From the NCBI RefSeq assembly GCF_009914755.1, contig NC_060937.1: a stretch of 64,000 bases of DNA. One strand, given 5' to 3'. Below the pieces are notes generated by a model, which was not told the DNA's origin, did no database searches, and was given only the letters and a program-made list of their open reading frames with translations. The stretch is from the human T2T-CHM13v2.0 reference genome, Homo sapiens. Shown piece after piece: positions 19,313-33,996 of this stretch. The number at the start of each line of letters is the position of its first letter. The first letter of the stretch is position 1. The position numbers were made by a program, and so were the translations under genes.

Positions 19313-21155
19313 TCTATAATATTACTTTTAACTACTTAATTTTTTCTCTATTTTATCAGTAAATTTAAGAGTGGCTGCTCTTTAGATTAGTGAGGAAATC
19401 TACTGACTGCTCTGAATTGTTTGTTTGTTTGTTTCTGAGCTTAATATTCCGACTTTGTGTCAATCATTCCACAAATCACAAGATTAGTAGACTATGCCTT
19501 TCTGAACAATGCCTTTTTGAATTATAGTAGTGTTTTAATATTGTTTCAATATTTGGCATGCAGAACTGAATAAGTACTAACACAATGGCTTTTCCCTATG
19601 CAGAGTATAATGAGGTCATTTTCTTTCTTTATTCTGATATTGTATTTCCCTCATCATAGTAACTGTTTTTTATTGGGCACTTCTTATGACAAACATGGTA
19701 AATTCTTTATGTACATTGTTTCAGATCTTATAACTACCCTATGATAATGGTATTTTTTTTGCTTGTGAAAACAGACAAACTAAGACTCACAGGTTAAATA
19801 ATTTGCTGTATGTCATGCCACTAATAAATAATCATAAAATAGGTAGGTTCCATGATATATATACATAATGCAAAAATGTCAGAATCTCTCCTCAGTTGAC
19901 AGCATTAAAATCCTCCTCTGAATCAAAACCTGCTACAATATCAGATTAGGCTTCTGAAGGCTAGTGCCTAATATTCATGAACACGTGTTTATGTTTTGAT
20001 TTTTTGGACCTACTAACTGGTTTGGTCAATGATGCCTATGTAAGTTTTTAATCATTGTTTTACCTATGTGAATTTTTGAGCATCTGCTTATTTTGACCTC
20101 TTATCCATAATAGAGAGTCTGAGTAGTCAGTGCAACTTTATATTGAGTGTAGCATAATAACATAATATGTTGAATTTGAAAAACCATTGTGTAGTACTAA
20201 CCTTTAAATAAGAAAATTTCATATACATGTATACACACATATATGTATTTCTATTAGTCTTCCTGAAAAGTGACTCAACACAAGTACAGCAGCGTTTTTA
20301 CCCACCACCTATACTCCTGTGTATACCTAGTATCCAGATTTTGGTCTCTGGTGATATTCTACACAAAACAAAGCCAACTAATTGCTGGTCCTGTGTCTTA
20401 GATGAGGAAAACTCAAGATAAGTTTGAATTCTCTGATACTGGATGTGGGATGAGGCAGAGCTCCTGAAATGATGAAGGAACCAACTTACAGACCTCTGAC
20501 CAATTTTAGTAATAATACTTGTTTTTAAAATAGAATAATGTTTATGGTTACTTTAAATAATTTTTTCAAGGACTTTGAGTTTATAATGAATGCATATTCT
20601 AAAAAGAAAAGTTAATGTAAGTGTACAAAATGCCAAAAGAGAGAGATGATAAATGATTGGTTATCATTGTTAATCCTACAAAATAGCAGAAAGAGTCTTC
20701 AACATAAGCTTTAATACTATGGCCAAACCAAATTTTATTATCAGAATGACAGGGCAGTGGATTACTGTTTCTGGATCACCAGAGTTTAAACATCACATCT
20801 TTTGCTGTGTCGCATCTAGTTGCAAAAAGATTAACTTGTGTGATGGGTATCAATTTAATTTTTGTTAACATAGTAAAGGAAATTTAACTGAAAAAGGAAA
20901 TCGCTTCCAGACTCTCTGCTTAGGTTTAATTCATCTTGTTAGCATCAACCAGGTTGTGTACTCTTAGCAAGAATTAGTTGTTTGATAATCCAGAGTTTGA
21001 AATGTTTTTTTAATCTTCATTTTCTTTTTTCTGTTTGGGGAAATCACCTTAATCTCAGCAATGCATCAGAATAAATATTACTACAACTCTACGAATGTGT
21101 AAGATTAAGTGCAGAAATAATAAAGAACCAACTTATGGTGTTGATAATGATATTT

Positions 21156-21193
21156 TAGAGTAGAGTAGAGTAGAGTAGAGTAGAGTAGAGTAG
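21156..21193 (+). repeat. (TAGAG)n pentanucleotide microsatellite, ~7.6 units
   Basis: Read directly. Confidence 0.95.
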
Positions 21194-21196
21194 GAG

Positions 21197-21511
<315 letters not shown>

Positions 21512-21575
21512 TTAATAATTTTTTTGAAGTCTTATTAGGATAAAGACTATGTTATAGTGACCTTTGAAACTTTTA

Positions 21576-21995
<420 letters not shown>

Positions 21996-23099
21996 CTATC
22001 TTGATTATTTTGAAAACCAAAAAAAATTAATAAATTATTTATGTCTATAGTTTTCTGAGGTGAATTTATTCTGTAGGATATATACTAAGAAGTGAGTTAA
22101 CTTTAATGGACCTCTTTTTGAAATTACTCAAAACTATTTTATATACATATTATTTAGGAATTGTAATATTTATGAAACTTATCTTTTAAATTCTATTTGT
22201 ATCTTTAGTTTTGCTTTGTTACTCCATCTCTAAATTATGAGTAATTATGTTTTCCTTTTGTTAATGATTTGTAGTACTCTCTAATACACTTAAGAATTGT
22301 TTGATTGTAGAATATGTTTTCTGCAGGCAAAACAAGTAGATTTTTATGTTTAATACACTTGTAAATCTCAGCAATAATATCTGTTTCATTACTTCATTGT
22401 GATATTATTTTTGCTTTATGGGTTCTCTTTGCATACTCTTCCCTTAATTTAGTTAAACATGTAGTGGTGACACAAGGAGCCAAATGTAAGATCTTATAAC
22501 CTAAATGAGAGCTTTGTTCCTTATAGTAATAACTAACCAATTTAAAGGAAAACATATATTTTTTAAATTAACTGTTTCTATAAGGATATAACAATTTATG
22601 AGTGCAATCATTTTACGAGTTAGTCAACTTTAAGCACTTAATAATCAAAGTTTTTCTCAAAATTATAGAATTTCAGAGGTGGACAGTATGTTAGATACCA
22701 TCTTATTCAAACTTTCTATTCACAGAAAAAGAAAGTCACAAAGTTAGGTAGCTTGTCCAAACCTGTAAAGATTCTCTGACCCAAATACAGTGGCAGTTAG
22801 ATGCAACAGCAGGGTTAATAGTTTGCCTTTTTTTTAACCACCCCATCTCAAAAAGTTGAGCCTACTAATACTACAAAATTTATGCATGATGAAGCTGGGG
22901 AGCAGGTGCATCAGAAAGATAGCTTCAGTAGCCCCTGCTTCAGCCTAAAGTTCTGTAACACATGAATTGCAAAATAATTCCATTTATAAAATGAAATTTC
23001 AATGTGTAATGCTGGGCTCAGGTGTATCTCTGTAAATAGCATGTAAAGTTACCTCCATGCTTATGATTCATTGTTGTTTCCCTCCCTGTCGATTACCTG

Positions 23100-23195
23100 T
23101 ATTATAGCCACTGGGGACATGTGGCTGTTGAACACTTAAAATGTGGCTGGTATGAATTGAGATGTGCTCTAAGTGTTAAATACACATTGGTTTTC
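23100..23195. mobile_element. MER3-like DNA transposon fragment
   Basis: tagccact..acatgtggct..aaatgtggct..gaattgagatgtgct..aagtgttaaatacaca. Confidence 0.65.
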
Positions 23196-23399
23196 ATGTC
23201 CATATCCAGCTCTGAACCTCTGTACAATTTTGTTTTAGTGGGGGTTTGGGGTTACTATGCATATCTCTTACCAATCCAGTCAAACCTTTGGGGCCCATCT
23301 TGAGTCCTGCTCTTTCATTAGAATGTTTGGGTCTACATTCATCTCTTTTTATTTATATTTCATTATTCCCTTTCTCCCTTTTTAAACTTACATAGGTTC

Positions 23400-23695
23400 T
23401 TTTTTTTTTTTTTTTTTTGAGACAGAGTCTCACTCTGTCGCCCAGGCTGCAGTGGCGTGATCTCGGCTCACTGCAAGCTCCACCTCCCAAGTTCACGCCA
23501 TTCTCCTGCCTCAGCCTCCTGAGTAGCTGGGACTACAGGTGCCTGCCACCACACCCGGGTAATTTTTTGTATTTTTTAGTAGAGACAGGGTTTCACCGTG
23601 TTAGCCAGGATGGTCTCGATCTCCTGACCTTGTGATCCACCCACCTCGGCCTCCCAAAGTGCTGGGATTACAGGTGTGAGCCACCATGCCTGGCC
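23400..23695 (-). mobile_element. Alu (AluY-like)
   Basis: gcaagctcc..ttcacgccattctcc..ccgtgttagccaggatgg; TSD acataggttctt. Confidence 0.95.
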
Positions 23696-25206
23696 ACATA
23701 GGTTCTTAATGATAGTCTATCATGTTTTGTTACTTTATTGGGGCATGCATTTATGCCTGCCTCCAGAACAATAATTAAATAAATTGCTACTAGAAATGAA
23801 GTTGCACCTAGCAATGTATTTTCAGTCTGCAAACATTTAGCAGAGGGAGGGCACATAACTGGTTATTAATAAATACATGTTGAATTGAGTTTCTGAGTAT
23901 ATGTTTGTCATTTTAAAAACCTTTATATTTGAATATGTTATAGTTTTCAAAGCACTTTCACATATGGAGCTTTATTTAATCTTCCTAGCAGTTTTATTAG
24001 ATAGGCAAGGCAGTTATTCTTTTCATTGTTAGATGATAAAGTAGGGACTTAAAAAGACAATATAAAAACTGGTGACACTTTTGTTTCCTGTGCAATGTGA
24101 TTTCTTCTCTTTTGGTTGAAAACACTTTAACTATCACGGGAGAGTAGGTCCTGATTTCCTTTAAGCTCGTCTGAAGTTATTTTGAATCCTTTATTTATAA
24201 CCACAATTTTCTTGGATCTCATCCACTGGGCTATAGGTACACACCAGGGTCTTCGGGGCAAGTTGTTGTGAAAACTACTTATACGTATATACCAAGCAAT
24301 AAGTGATTGTTCTTTAGTATATGGTTTTCAAATAAATTTTATCTCGTGTCAACTCCGTTTGATTAGGAGTGCATGTTTGGGGTCCTTTGTTTAGAAAGTT
24401 GTGAAATGCTGTTTAGTTTTAACAAGTAAGTGTTTAGTTTCATCAGAGGTATGAGAATGAGGGGAACGGGGGTAATTAAATGCTATATTCTTTAATAAAG
24501 TAGGTCAGTTTTTATTTCAGGTCAATATCTTTTTTATGAACATTCCTAATATACTTATGTAAATGTCCTGTCTTAGTCTGAGCAGAAGGGGAAGGAAAAT
24601 GAAACTTCTGGATGTCGTGGTCCTTTTCTAATCAGAAGAGACCATCCCTCTCTCTCAATTTGCTTTTTCCATCTTCAGCTTCTACAATATAGCTATGTTC
24701 AATTGTCCTTTCAACTAACGTTGGTGGTTTTGCAGCAGTTTTTGTACTTGACTTAGGTTTAACTGTTTATTCAGAATTTGCCATGTTAAAGCTAAACAGG
24801 AAATTAAATCACAGATATAAAATGATGTCTGTATTAAATATAACCTCATAGGGTTTATGTAAGAGATAAACACAAACTCAAGCCTAAAATACAGTGAGCA
24901 GTTGTACATACATTATTGATATATAATTAGGTTAATTATTCTTTAATTTAACAAATATTTACTGAATGCTGTTGTGTGTCAGGCATTAGTGCTGATTACT
25001 AGGAATATAACAGTGAAGATGATGTTCAAAATCCTGCTCCCACATTTTAGTGGGAAAGTTAGTAAATGTTTTAGAATTTTCTCTTTCCTTTATTTGGTCA
25101 ACTGTTTTTTTGTATTTGAAAGGAATAATTTAAAAAACTCATTAGTAAATGACAATGAGCCACATTGTTAGGAAGAACTTTCCCTTGTCACACTTACTGA
25201 AGTAGG

Positions 25207-25520
25207 GGCCAGATGTGGTGGCTCATGCGTTTAATCCCAGCACTTTGAGAAGCTGAAGCAGGAGGATCTCAGGAGCCCAGGAGTTCAAGATGAGCCTGGG
25301 CGATAAAGTGGACCCCATCTTTACCAAAAAATGAGAAAAATAATTAGCTGTGTGTGTTGGCATGAACCTGTAGCCCCAGCTACTTGGGAGACTTAGGCAG
25401 GAGGATCACTTGAGTCCAGGAGTTGGAGGCTGCAATGAGCCATGATTGTGCCGCTGCAGTCCAGCCTGGGGGTACCATAGTGAGATTCTGTCTCTAAAAA
25501 AAAAAAAAAAAAAAAAAAAA
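25207..25520 (+). mobile_element. Alu (AluJ-like)
   Basis: Sense Alu with long A tail. Confidence 0.92.
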
Positions 25521-25703
25521 GTAGTTCATAAATAATTTTAGGAACACTGAAAAGGCATTTCAAACAATAAATTCATTAATTTCCTAATCTTTCCTTCTAT
25601 AGATACTGGTTCTGGTTTTGTATGTATAAATAATAAATAAAATTTGGTGAATACAGAGTTAAAGAGTTTAGAAGTATGTGGAATTCATTAAAAAGTCTCT
25701 TTA

Positions 25704-26001
<298 letters not shown>

Positions 26002-26136
26002 AAGTCCCTTTAGAAGAGATGTTTCTTTTGGTTTGGACTGCATTGACATTTCTTTTGCAGGTTCATTGTATATCTATATTTTGCAATTATTATTTAAATT
26101 GTTTTCTAAATGAAGTTCAAATTCTTCATTTTTCAG

Positions 26137-26218
26137 ATCTTGACAGAACAAGTATGTACTCAGGTCGTACACAAACCACATCCAGAGCCAGATTCTACAG
26201 TGAAAATTCAGAATCCAA
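26137..26218 (+). CDS. NBEA: NBEA coding exon, 82 nt (ILTEQVCTQVVHKPHPEPDSTVKIQNP)
   Basis: Acceptor ttcatttttcAG, donor A|gtgagc; phase 0 to 1, frame-consistent. Confidence 0.95.
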
Positions 26219-26445
26219 GTGAGCAAATGGCAGTTCTTTACTGTATTGTGGTAGGCGCATGGCAACATATGAGACTAAATCAAAACTTTTCCTAACCCCT
26301 TAAATCATTATGGTGTTTACCTAGTTCATGACAGTTTTAACTCACCTTTTATAGTGTTAAGTATTTATTTGAAAGTTGGTAATACTTTTTGAGTTGAACA
26401 TAGGATATGGTTACAAATCTACAAGTTTTTTTTCTTTGTTTACAG

Positions 26446-26569
26446 TGATTCTTAAAGTGGTGGCAACTTTGTTAAAAAACTCTACACCAAGTGCAGAGCT
26501 GATGGAAGTTCGTCGTTTATTTTTATCTGATATGATAAAACTTTTCAGTAACAGCCGTGAAAATAGAAG
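26446..26569 (+). CDS. NBEA: NBEA coding exon, 124 nt (MILKVVATLLKNSTPSAELMEVRRLFLSDMIKLFSNSRENR)
   Basis: Acceptor tttgtttacAG, donor AG|gtaagc; phase 1 to 2. Confidence 0.95.
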
Positions 26570-27440
26570 GTAAGCAGTTTGGATACTGTAACAACACTTT
26601 ATTCCATAATTAATATTTTCTCTCTTTTAGATTTTCAATTCATTTCAAATCTTTTCCATATTGCTAAATACTTTTAATCATCAGAAAAGGCATTTTATGT
26701 TTCTTTGACATAATCTGTATTCGGTATTCTTCTATTTATTTTTATATTATTTTTATTTTGTTACGTGGATATTATATTTTAATTGTATATATGAATATAC
26801 ATATAAACAAACTCTTATTTAGAATGTAATATCCCTTTTAGTGGTACCTATCTATCACCAATGGAACTTTCAGTTGTAATTGTGTTGGATTTCCCCATTT
26901 TCATCTATGCTTTCCACCCCATATTTCTTATGGCCGAATGTTGTGCATTTTTAAGCTAGTTAGCTTGAACATGGGGTAAAGTCTGAGGCCATGAACTCTG
27001 GGGTAGTCATTGCCTGAGTCTATAATTTAACAAATATTGATTGAGTGCCTACTGTGTTCAGTGTAAGACTTTGTGCTACACAAGATAGTCTTAGTACACA
27101 GTCTCAGTACATTCCAGTGGGAAACCATAAAGCAATGATTAATGTATAATGTGTTAAGTACATTGTGAGTGCTAAAGGTGGTGAGAAAGTAGAGAAGCAA
27201 TAAGTAAATCTGACTGTGAAAGTTAGGAAAATGATTTTGAATGATAATTAGGATTTTTCCTGGTAGAGAAATAAGAGAAAGTCATTCCAAGTATAGAATA
27301 TATAACGTGCAGCATGACTGTACACCTTGCTTTACTGAGGTCAGATCATATTTTCACTATTTTATTTATCAAAGTTTCAAAATAGTAAATTCTAACTTAA
27401 TTTGGATATTTTTAATGAGATCAAATTTTTTTCTCCCTAG

Positions 27441-27633
27441 ATGCTTATTGCAGTGTTCAGTGTGGCAGGATTGGATGTTTTCTCTTGGCTATATCAATCC
27501 TAAAAATTCTGAGGAACAGAAGATTACCGAAATGGTCTACAATATCTTCCGGATTCTTTTGTATCATGCAATAAAATATGAATGGGGAGGCTGGAGAGTC
27601 TGGGTGGATACCCTCTCAATAGCCCATTCCAAG
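27441..27633 (+). CDS. NBEA: NBEA coding exon, 193 nt ([20 protein letters not shown]...[19 protein letters not shown])
   Basis: Acceptor ttctccctAG, donor AAG|gtaaca; [11 protein letters not shown] motif is typical of NBEA/LRBA; phase 2 to 0. Confidence 0.96.
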
Positions 27634-28319
27634 GTAACACGGGATTTAACATTTTAACATCATCAGAGTTATTGCAGTGGATTAAATGGCTACAAACATG
27701 CATCTGGTGCCATCTTGTGGGCATCTTAGATTTTGACAGATTCCTGTATCTCAGTTTTGTATTTTTCCCTCATTGTTCATAGACTGTTAGAACTTGAAAG
27801 TGGCTTATAGATGAATTAATTCAAACCCCAAATTTATAAATCAGGAGTTTTATACCCAAAGCTGACATACATCTGTTTTATAGCAAATCTGGGAACTTTA
27901 ATCTGAGCCACTTGCTCTTTCAACTGGTTCTTGGAAGAATATTTTATGAAATAGTCTCTGAAATATACTTTTTAAGACTTTTTTTTAAGAAGTCAGATTT
28001 TTTTATTTCCAAGTGAATCATAAATACAGTGTTTAAGTTTAGTGGTATTTTAATTGCTTTATCTTTTCTTTATTTTTAATCTTAAAAATCTGTATGTCTA
28101 TTTTAAGTATTATTTGATCTTTGGTAAAATGAAATAGTGAATTAAACTGTACAAGTATATACACATTAGATTCTGGAAATTCAGAGTTACGGGTTTCTCA
28201 TCATGAAGTGTTATAGAAGAAGCATGGGTGTCAGAAGTATGGCTTTTAATTTAGTCTGTGCCATAATTGAGTTTTGTGATTTTAGGAGACTCATTAAGTC
28301 TTCTTGAACACGAGTTAGA

Positions 28320-28525
28320 AAAAAATGTTTAAAAGGATAGATAGTAAATATTATAGGCTGTGTGGGCTCTATAGCCTCTGATGCAGCTACTCAACTCTGC
28401 CGTTCAGTGTGAAAGACAATACATAATGTAAATGAATGATCATGGCTTTGTTTGAATAAACCTTTATTCACCCAAAGAGGTGATAAGCAGTTTTGTCCCA
28501 TGGGCCTTATGTTACCAACCCCCAC
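28320..28525. mobile_element. MER58A-like element inside a MIR-like region
   Basis: atagtaaatattataggctgtgtgggc..ctactcaactctgcc..aataaacctttatt. Confidence 0.65.
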
Positions 28526-29378
28526 TTTTGGGACTTGCTTTCTTCTTCTGTAAAATTAAGGGGATTTTTGTATTATGAGATATTCTTTAAAGGATGGTCC
28601 CCCCAATCTAAAATTCTGTTAACTTATTTAAATATACATTAATAGAACCCATGTCTGTAAGAGAAAGTCTGTGAACTTTAAAAAATATTAGAAAAGCTTT
28701 TGTTTCAATTATAAATTTACATTTTGTGAAGTATTGACACCTCAGATTTATCATTGCTTTAACAAATTTGAAAATAGCAAAGAAAAAGACATTGCAGGTC
28801 TTTGTGCAAAAAAAAAGTATTCTGATTATTAATAAAGAAGCCTAAGTAAAGTAACAAAGCCAAAACAGCTTATATAAGGATAAAACTGTGATATTTTAAT
28901 AGCTTGTAAATTTATATATTTAATGATATGTGTGAATTTTTTAACATCAGTTGTTGGGAAGGGTGCACATATGAGCAATAGATGGTGAAAACCAACATAG
29001 TAATAGTACTTTGGTTATTGTATATTATTAGCTGCTTATTCTCTGTTTAAGCTTACATAAATGTGTGGAAGTTAACTGGCATATTTGGTTTGGGTAACAT
29101 TGAAATACTTAGCCTAAAAGAAAATAGCTTTTAATATTGCTGAGTTATCTGTGTGATTTTGGCAATCCTTATAATAAATCATATATAGCTGTATTTGTTG
29201 ATTATTTCCAGTTACTTAATGAAACTAAGCACTTGCTTTAGGACTAACAAATGCCAGCTTTGAAGTCTTAAACTTTCTGGCATTATTTTTTCTATTTCCA
29301 CAATTTAATTTGTATTATTTAGTTTTTTCTTTTTGATATGTACAAAATGCCTTAATGTTTTCTTTACTTATTCCTAAG

Positions 29379-30395
29379 GTCACTTATGAAGCTCATAAGG
29401 AATACCTAGCCAAAATGTATGAGGAATATCAAAGACAAGAGGAGGAAAACATTAAAAAGGGAAAGAAAGGGAATGTGAGCACCATCTCTGGTCTTTCATC
29501 ACAGACAACAGGAGCAAAAGGTGGAATGGAAATTCGAGAGATAGAAGATCTTTCACAAAGCCAGAGCCCAGAAAGTGAGACCGATTACCCTGTCAGCACA
29601 GATACTCGAGACTTACTCATGTCAACAAAAGTGTCAGATGATATTCTTGGAAATTCAGATAGACCAGGAAGTGGTGTACATGTGGAAGTACATGATCTTT
29701 TAGTAGATATAAAAGCAGAGAAAGTGGAAGCAACAGAAGTAAAGCTCGATGATATGGATTTATCACCGGAGACTTTAGTAGGTGGAGAGAATGGTGCCCT
29801 TGTGGAGGTTGAATCTCTGTTGGATAATGTATATAGTGCTGCTGTTGAGAAACTCCAGAACAATGTACATGGAAGTGTTGGTATCATTAAAAAAAATGAA
29901 GAAAAGGATAATGGTCCATTGATAACATTAGCAGATGAGAAAGAAGACCTTCCCAATAGTAGTACATCATTTCTCTTTGATAAAATACCCAAACAGGAGG
30001 AAAAACTACTTCCTGAACTTTCTAGCAATCACATTATTCCAAATATTCAGGACACACAAGTACATCTTGGTGTTAGTGATGATCTTGGATTGCTTGCTCA
30101 CATGACCGGTAGCGTAGACTTAACTTGTACATCCAGTATAATAGAAGAAAAAGAATTCAAAATCCATACAACTTCAGATGGAATGAGCAGTATTTCTGAA
30201 AGAGACTTAGCGTCATCAACTAAGGGGCTGGAGTATGCTGAAATGACTGCTACAACTCTGGAAACTGAGTCTTCTAGTAGCAAAATTGTACCAAATATTG
30301 ATGCAGGAAGTATAATTTCAGATACTGAAAGGTCTGACGATGGCAAAGAATCAGGAAAAGAAATCCGAAAAATCCAAACAACTACTACGACACAA
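29379..30395 (+). CDS. NBEA: NBEA large coding exon, 1017 nt (339 codons), acidic/Ser-rich region containing the PKA RII-binding segment
   Basis: Lies in ORF 29355..30413; acceptor ttattcctaAG|GTC, donor CAA|gtaagc; phase 0 to 0. Confidence 0.96.
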
Positions 30396-32112
30396 GTAAG
30401 CTACCTTATATGAGTTCTAGAAATAAATAAAAATGCATTGAAGAGTTGTTAGCACCAAAACAGAGTAATTTCTTATCAGTTACTTCATGTTTATATTGAA
30501 TTATAGTATAATAGTAATTTATGGAACTAAATAGTGCGGTATAATTTCATGTATGTAAGAAACTAAAAATATCTCAATTATATTTCCAACTCTGCCACAT
30601 TCTTCTGTGTAACTTTGCTCAACCTCTCTGGGCCTAAGTTTCCTTATCTAGTACAAGAGGTTGTACTAAAGGATGACCTTTAAGGTCTCTGCCAGTTCTA
30701 ACATTTTATAACTCTGTGACTACATTTACACATTTTGTACTCAAGATCTTCATTCTGAATACTTGATTAATTTTAACCTTTTAAGCTTCAGGCCCAACCC
30801 TGTTCTGTGGATTATAGAAAAGAGGACTTGGAGCCCAGATTGAACTGATAAATGAAGGGGAAGGGAAAAGGGAACTGTTATTTATCCAGTGCCTACTATG
30901 TTCCGGGCACTGTGCTATATGTTTTCAGATTTAATCCTCACAACAACCCTGTGAGGTAGGTAATATGGCTGAGAAAAATTAGAATTGTTAGCAGTGAGAA
31001 TTTTCTGTTCAACCACATGAATAGAAATTTGTTATAAGACAATTAAAGACTCTTAGGTCTGGTTGTTAGGAAATGTTAGTGCTTCAGTTTTGACCTCACT
31101 GGAATAAAGCTAAAAACAGATGATGTTTTCTGATATGGATTTTAATTGTTGAGCTCTGAGTTATGACTGTTTCTTTATTTTCTAGGATAAATAATACCTT
31201 ATGGTTAAGAGTTGAAGAAATAAGAATACATTTACCGTTAATGACTTGGGTTTTGTTATCCTCTGGGTGCCCCACTTGCCTTTTAATGTCATTGAAAATA
31301 CATTGAATGTGTTTCCATTAGGTTTATACTATGAAGAGTAAACCATGCCTGTCTTGTGTCTTTGTACTCCAGTAAGAATCCTTCATAATATATCGTGTGT
31401 GGGGAAAGTATTTTTATTTTTTCTCTAACTGCCAATTTCCATTTTTGTGGCAGTTGCATTGTAGTGATAATTGGCAGGAGATGAGCATATTGAATTAGAT
31501 ACAGATGTAAAATAAAGGAAAACATCGTGCGTTGTTTATTGAACAATAGGCTTGCCTGTTGAACACTAGGCTTGCCTGTTTTTCATTTGGAGTTTATAGA
31601 CATTTTTCTGGTTTGTTTTCTAACTTATCAAATGCATTTGTGTTTTTGAATTGAAGTACTGTAAGTGAAACAGACTTCAAAGTTAACTTGAAACTGTCAA
31701 GTAATATTTTTTCTAATCTTGTGCTTTAGTTACAATTAGTTGATGACATATATCCAGTATACTTCACTGTGTATATGCTCACTTCATTAAGGAAGTAATG
31801 TGGTCTAATTTAAAGACTCTTAATGGGGTAAAGGGGTCTGGTTTTCAGTGTGAACTTTGGTGTTAACTTTAGGTATTTGATTATCTTGCCTAGTTTCTGC
31901 AATAGTAAAATAAAAGCAATAATGGAGACTTCAGCCCAAAAAGTTTCCTGTGCAAGGAATTACCAGGTGAATAATATATGTGAAATATATTAAACTGCTA
32001 AAGTCATATGCTAAAGCATTAAAGCATTATTCACTTTACTATACTCACAGTTTCATTTTAAAATGAGGCATTTCTTTTGTATTCCACAAAAGTTCATCTT
32101 TTCCTTCTTTAG

Positions 32113-32330
32113 GCTGTGCAGGGTCGGTCTATCACCCAACAAGACCGAGATCTCCGAGTTGATTTAGGATTTCGAGGAATGCCAATGACTGAGGAACAGC
32201 GACGCCAGTTTAGCCCAGGTCCACGGACTACAATGTTTCGTATTCCTGAGTTTAAATGGTCTCCAATGCACCAGCGGCTTCTCACTGATTTACTATTTGC
32301 ATTAGAAACTGATGTACATGTTTGGAGGAG
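32113..32330 (+). CDS. NBEA: NBEA coding exon, 218 nt ([13 protein letters not shown]...[31 protein letters not shown])
   Basis: Acceptor ttccttctttAG, donor AG|gtagaa; phase 0 to 2. Confidence 0.95.
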
Positions 32331-32809
32331 GTAGAAATATTTCTTTTTTATAAATTAAAAGCAAATATTTAAAATATGCCATTGCCTATTCTATTTGGTT
32401 TTGACAAAACCAAAAATCTGCCTTGATTAAAGGAATTTCCACATTTTTCTTGTATCTTGTTTAAATTAATACCATGTACTAAATTTATTAGTGATAATAA
32501 TATATACTGTTTAAGTTTAAAATCACCCTGTGACATGTGTATTCAGAGCCTGTAGTATTTAAGCAGTTAGTGGATATCAGTTCAAAGATGATAACTTAGA
32601 CAACAAATCTACATAAAGTAAACCATGGCCTTTCTAAATTTTCAATTTAATTTTTTAATAGTAAATGTGAAACAAATTAATTAAGAGAGCACATCATTTA
32701 CATAGGCATGAATACAATTAGGAAGTCGATGGATATAAGTAGCAAGGGCAACTTAAATGATCTAGCACAACATTCTTAGAAATGTTGGCTTCCATGCTTC
32801 TCCTCATTT

Positions 32810-33100
32810 TCCTTTTAGGATTCAAGGTGGCTGCTTCAGCTCCCAACCTCAATTCATAAGAAACCTGCCCAAATTAAAAGGCAGAGATGACTCTTCTTCC
32901 TTCCTCTTCTTCCTGTTTTTCCTCTGCCTCCTCTTCTTCTCTCTCCTCTTTCACTTTCTCTTTTTCTTCTCCTCTTTTCTTCTTTTTTTTAAAGGAAGCC
33001 CGTCAAGAAATTTCCCCCTTATATCTCGTGAGCCAGCAGGATCACATCCTCTTTCAAAATCAATCATCAGAAAAAGAAAATGGGATTATAATGACTGGCT
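32810..33100. mobile_element. MaLR MLT1-like fragment containing a CT-rich tract (32892-32990)
   Basis: caaggtggctgc..agctcc and cccttatatctc..gccag..gatcacat motifs. Confidence 0.5.
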
Positions 33101-33735
33101 TTTAGAGACTAATACTGGTTAATTAACTAGTAACTAGGGTTAGGCTAGTCTTTCCTATACCCAGTCAAGCTCAATAATAAAACAAAATATAAAATGTGTG
33201 TTAGCAGGGAAAAAGTTATGACTGTTGTGGAAGAAGTCAATAAAGTCTGCCATAGAAAGATTTTACTTTTGATTTTATTTGATCAATTTGTTCTTAGACT
33301 ACTCATATACTTTCATTGCTAATTGTTATATGATAAATTACCTAGAGATGGTAACTAAGGAAACCTAAATACCATGAAATACATTGCTATTAACATGAAG
33401 ACCAATGTATGGAGATAAATTATGTAATTTGATAATTATAATATCAGTAGCCTCCAAGTGAGTGATACTCAGCTTTTTTTCCAACCACCTACTCTGTGTT
33501 TTTGTTTTCTTTAATGGGCTCTCATGAAATTACCCAGGTAGAATTTAATGTAATTTAAATTTTTTAAAGGTAACACTTTATTTTTAGGACAGAGAGAAAC
33601 ATCTTGAAATTTAAGATACACAGTGATAGATAATAATTCACAACTCTAAAAGGGTGAGAATTATTGACTCAATTTTGACCATGAAGTAATTTCTTTTTTT
33701 TAATCTTATTTTTTTCCCATTAAAAAACAGTTCAG

Positions 33736-33996
33736 GCTAGGTGTGGTGGCTCACACCTATAATCCCAGCACTTTGGGAGGCCAAGGCGGGAGGATAGCTG
33801 GAGCTCAGGAGTTCGAGACCAGGGCAAGACCCTGTTTTTACAAACATTAACTAGGCGTGGTGGTGTCCACCTGTAGTCCCAGCTACTCGGGAATCTCCTG
33901 GGCCCAGGGAGGTTGAGGATGCACTAAGCCATGATCCCACCACTACACTCTAGCCTGGGTGACAGCAGAGATCCTTTCTCAAAAAAAAAAAAAAAA
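33736..33996 (+). mobile_element. Alu (AluJ-like, with internal deletions)
   Basis: Sense Alu with A tail. Confidence 0.92.

Noticed and set aside
21156-21193. Regular repeat array (CRISPR-like?)
   Set aside because: Simple pentanucleotide microsatellite without spacers, in eukaryotic DNA.
29585-30346. Antisense ORFs of 147 aa and 82 aa
   Set aside because: Shadows of the large NBEA exon; no independent evidence.
32887-33105. Ser/Phe-rich ORF
   Set aside because: Product of a CT-rich low-complexity tract.
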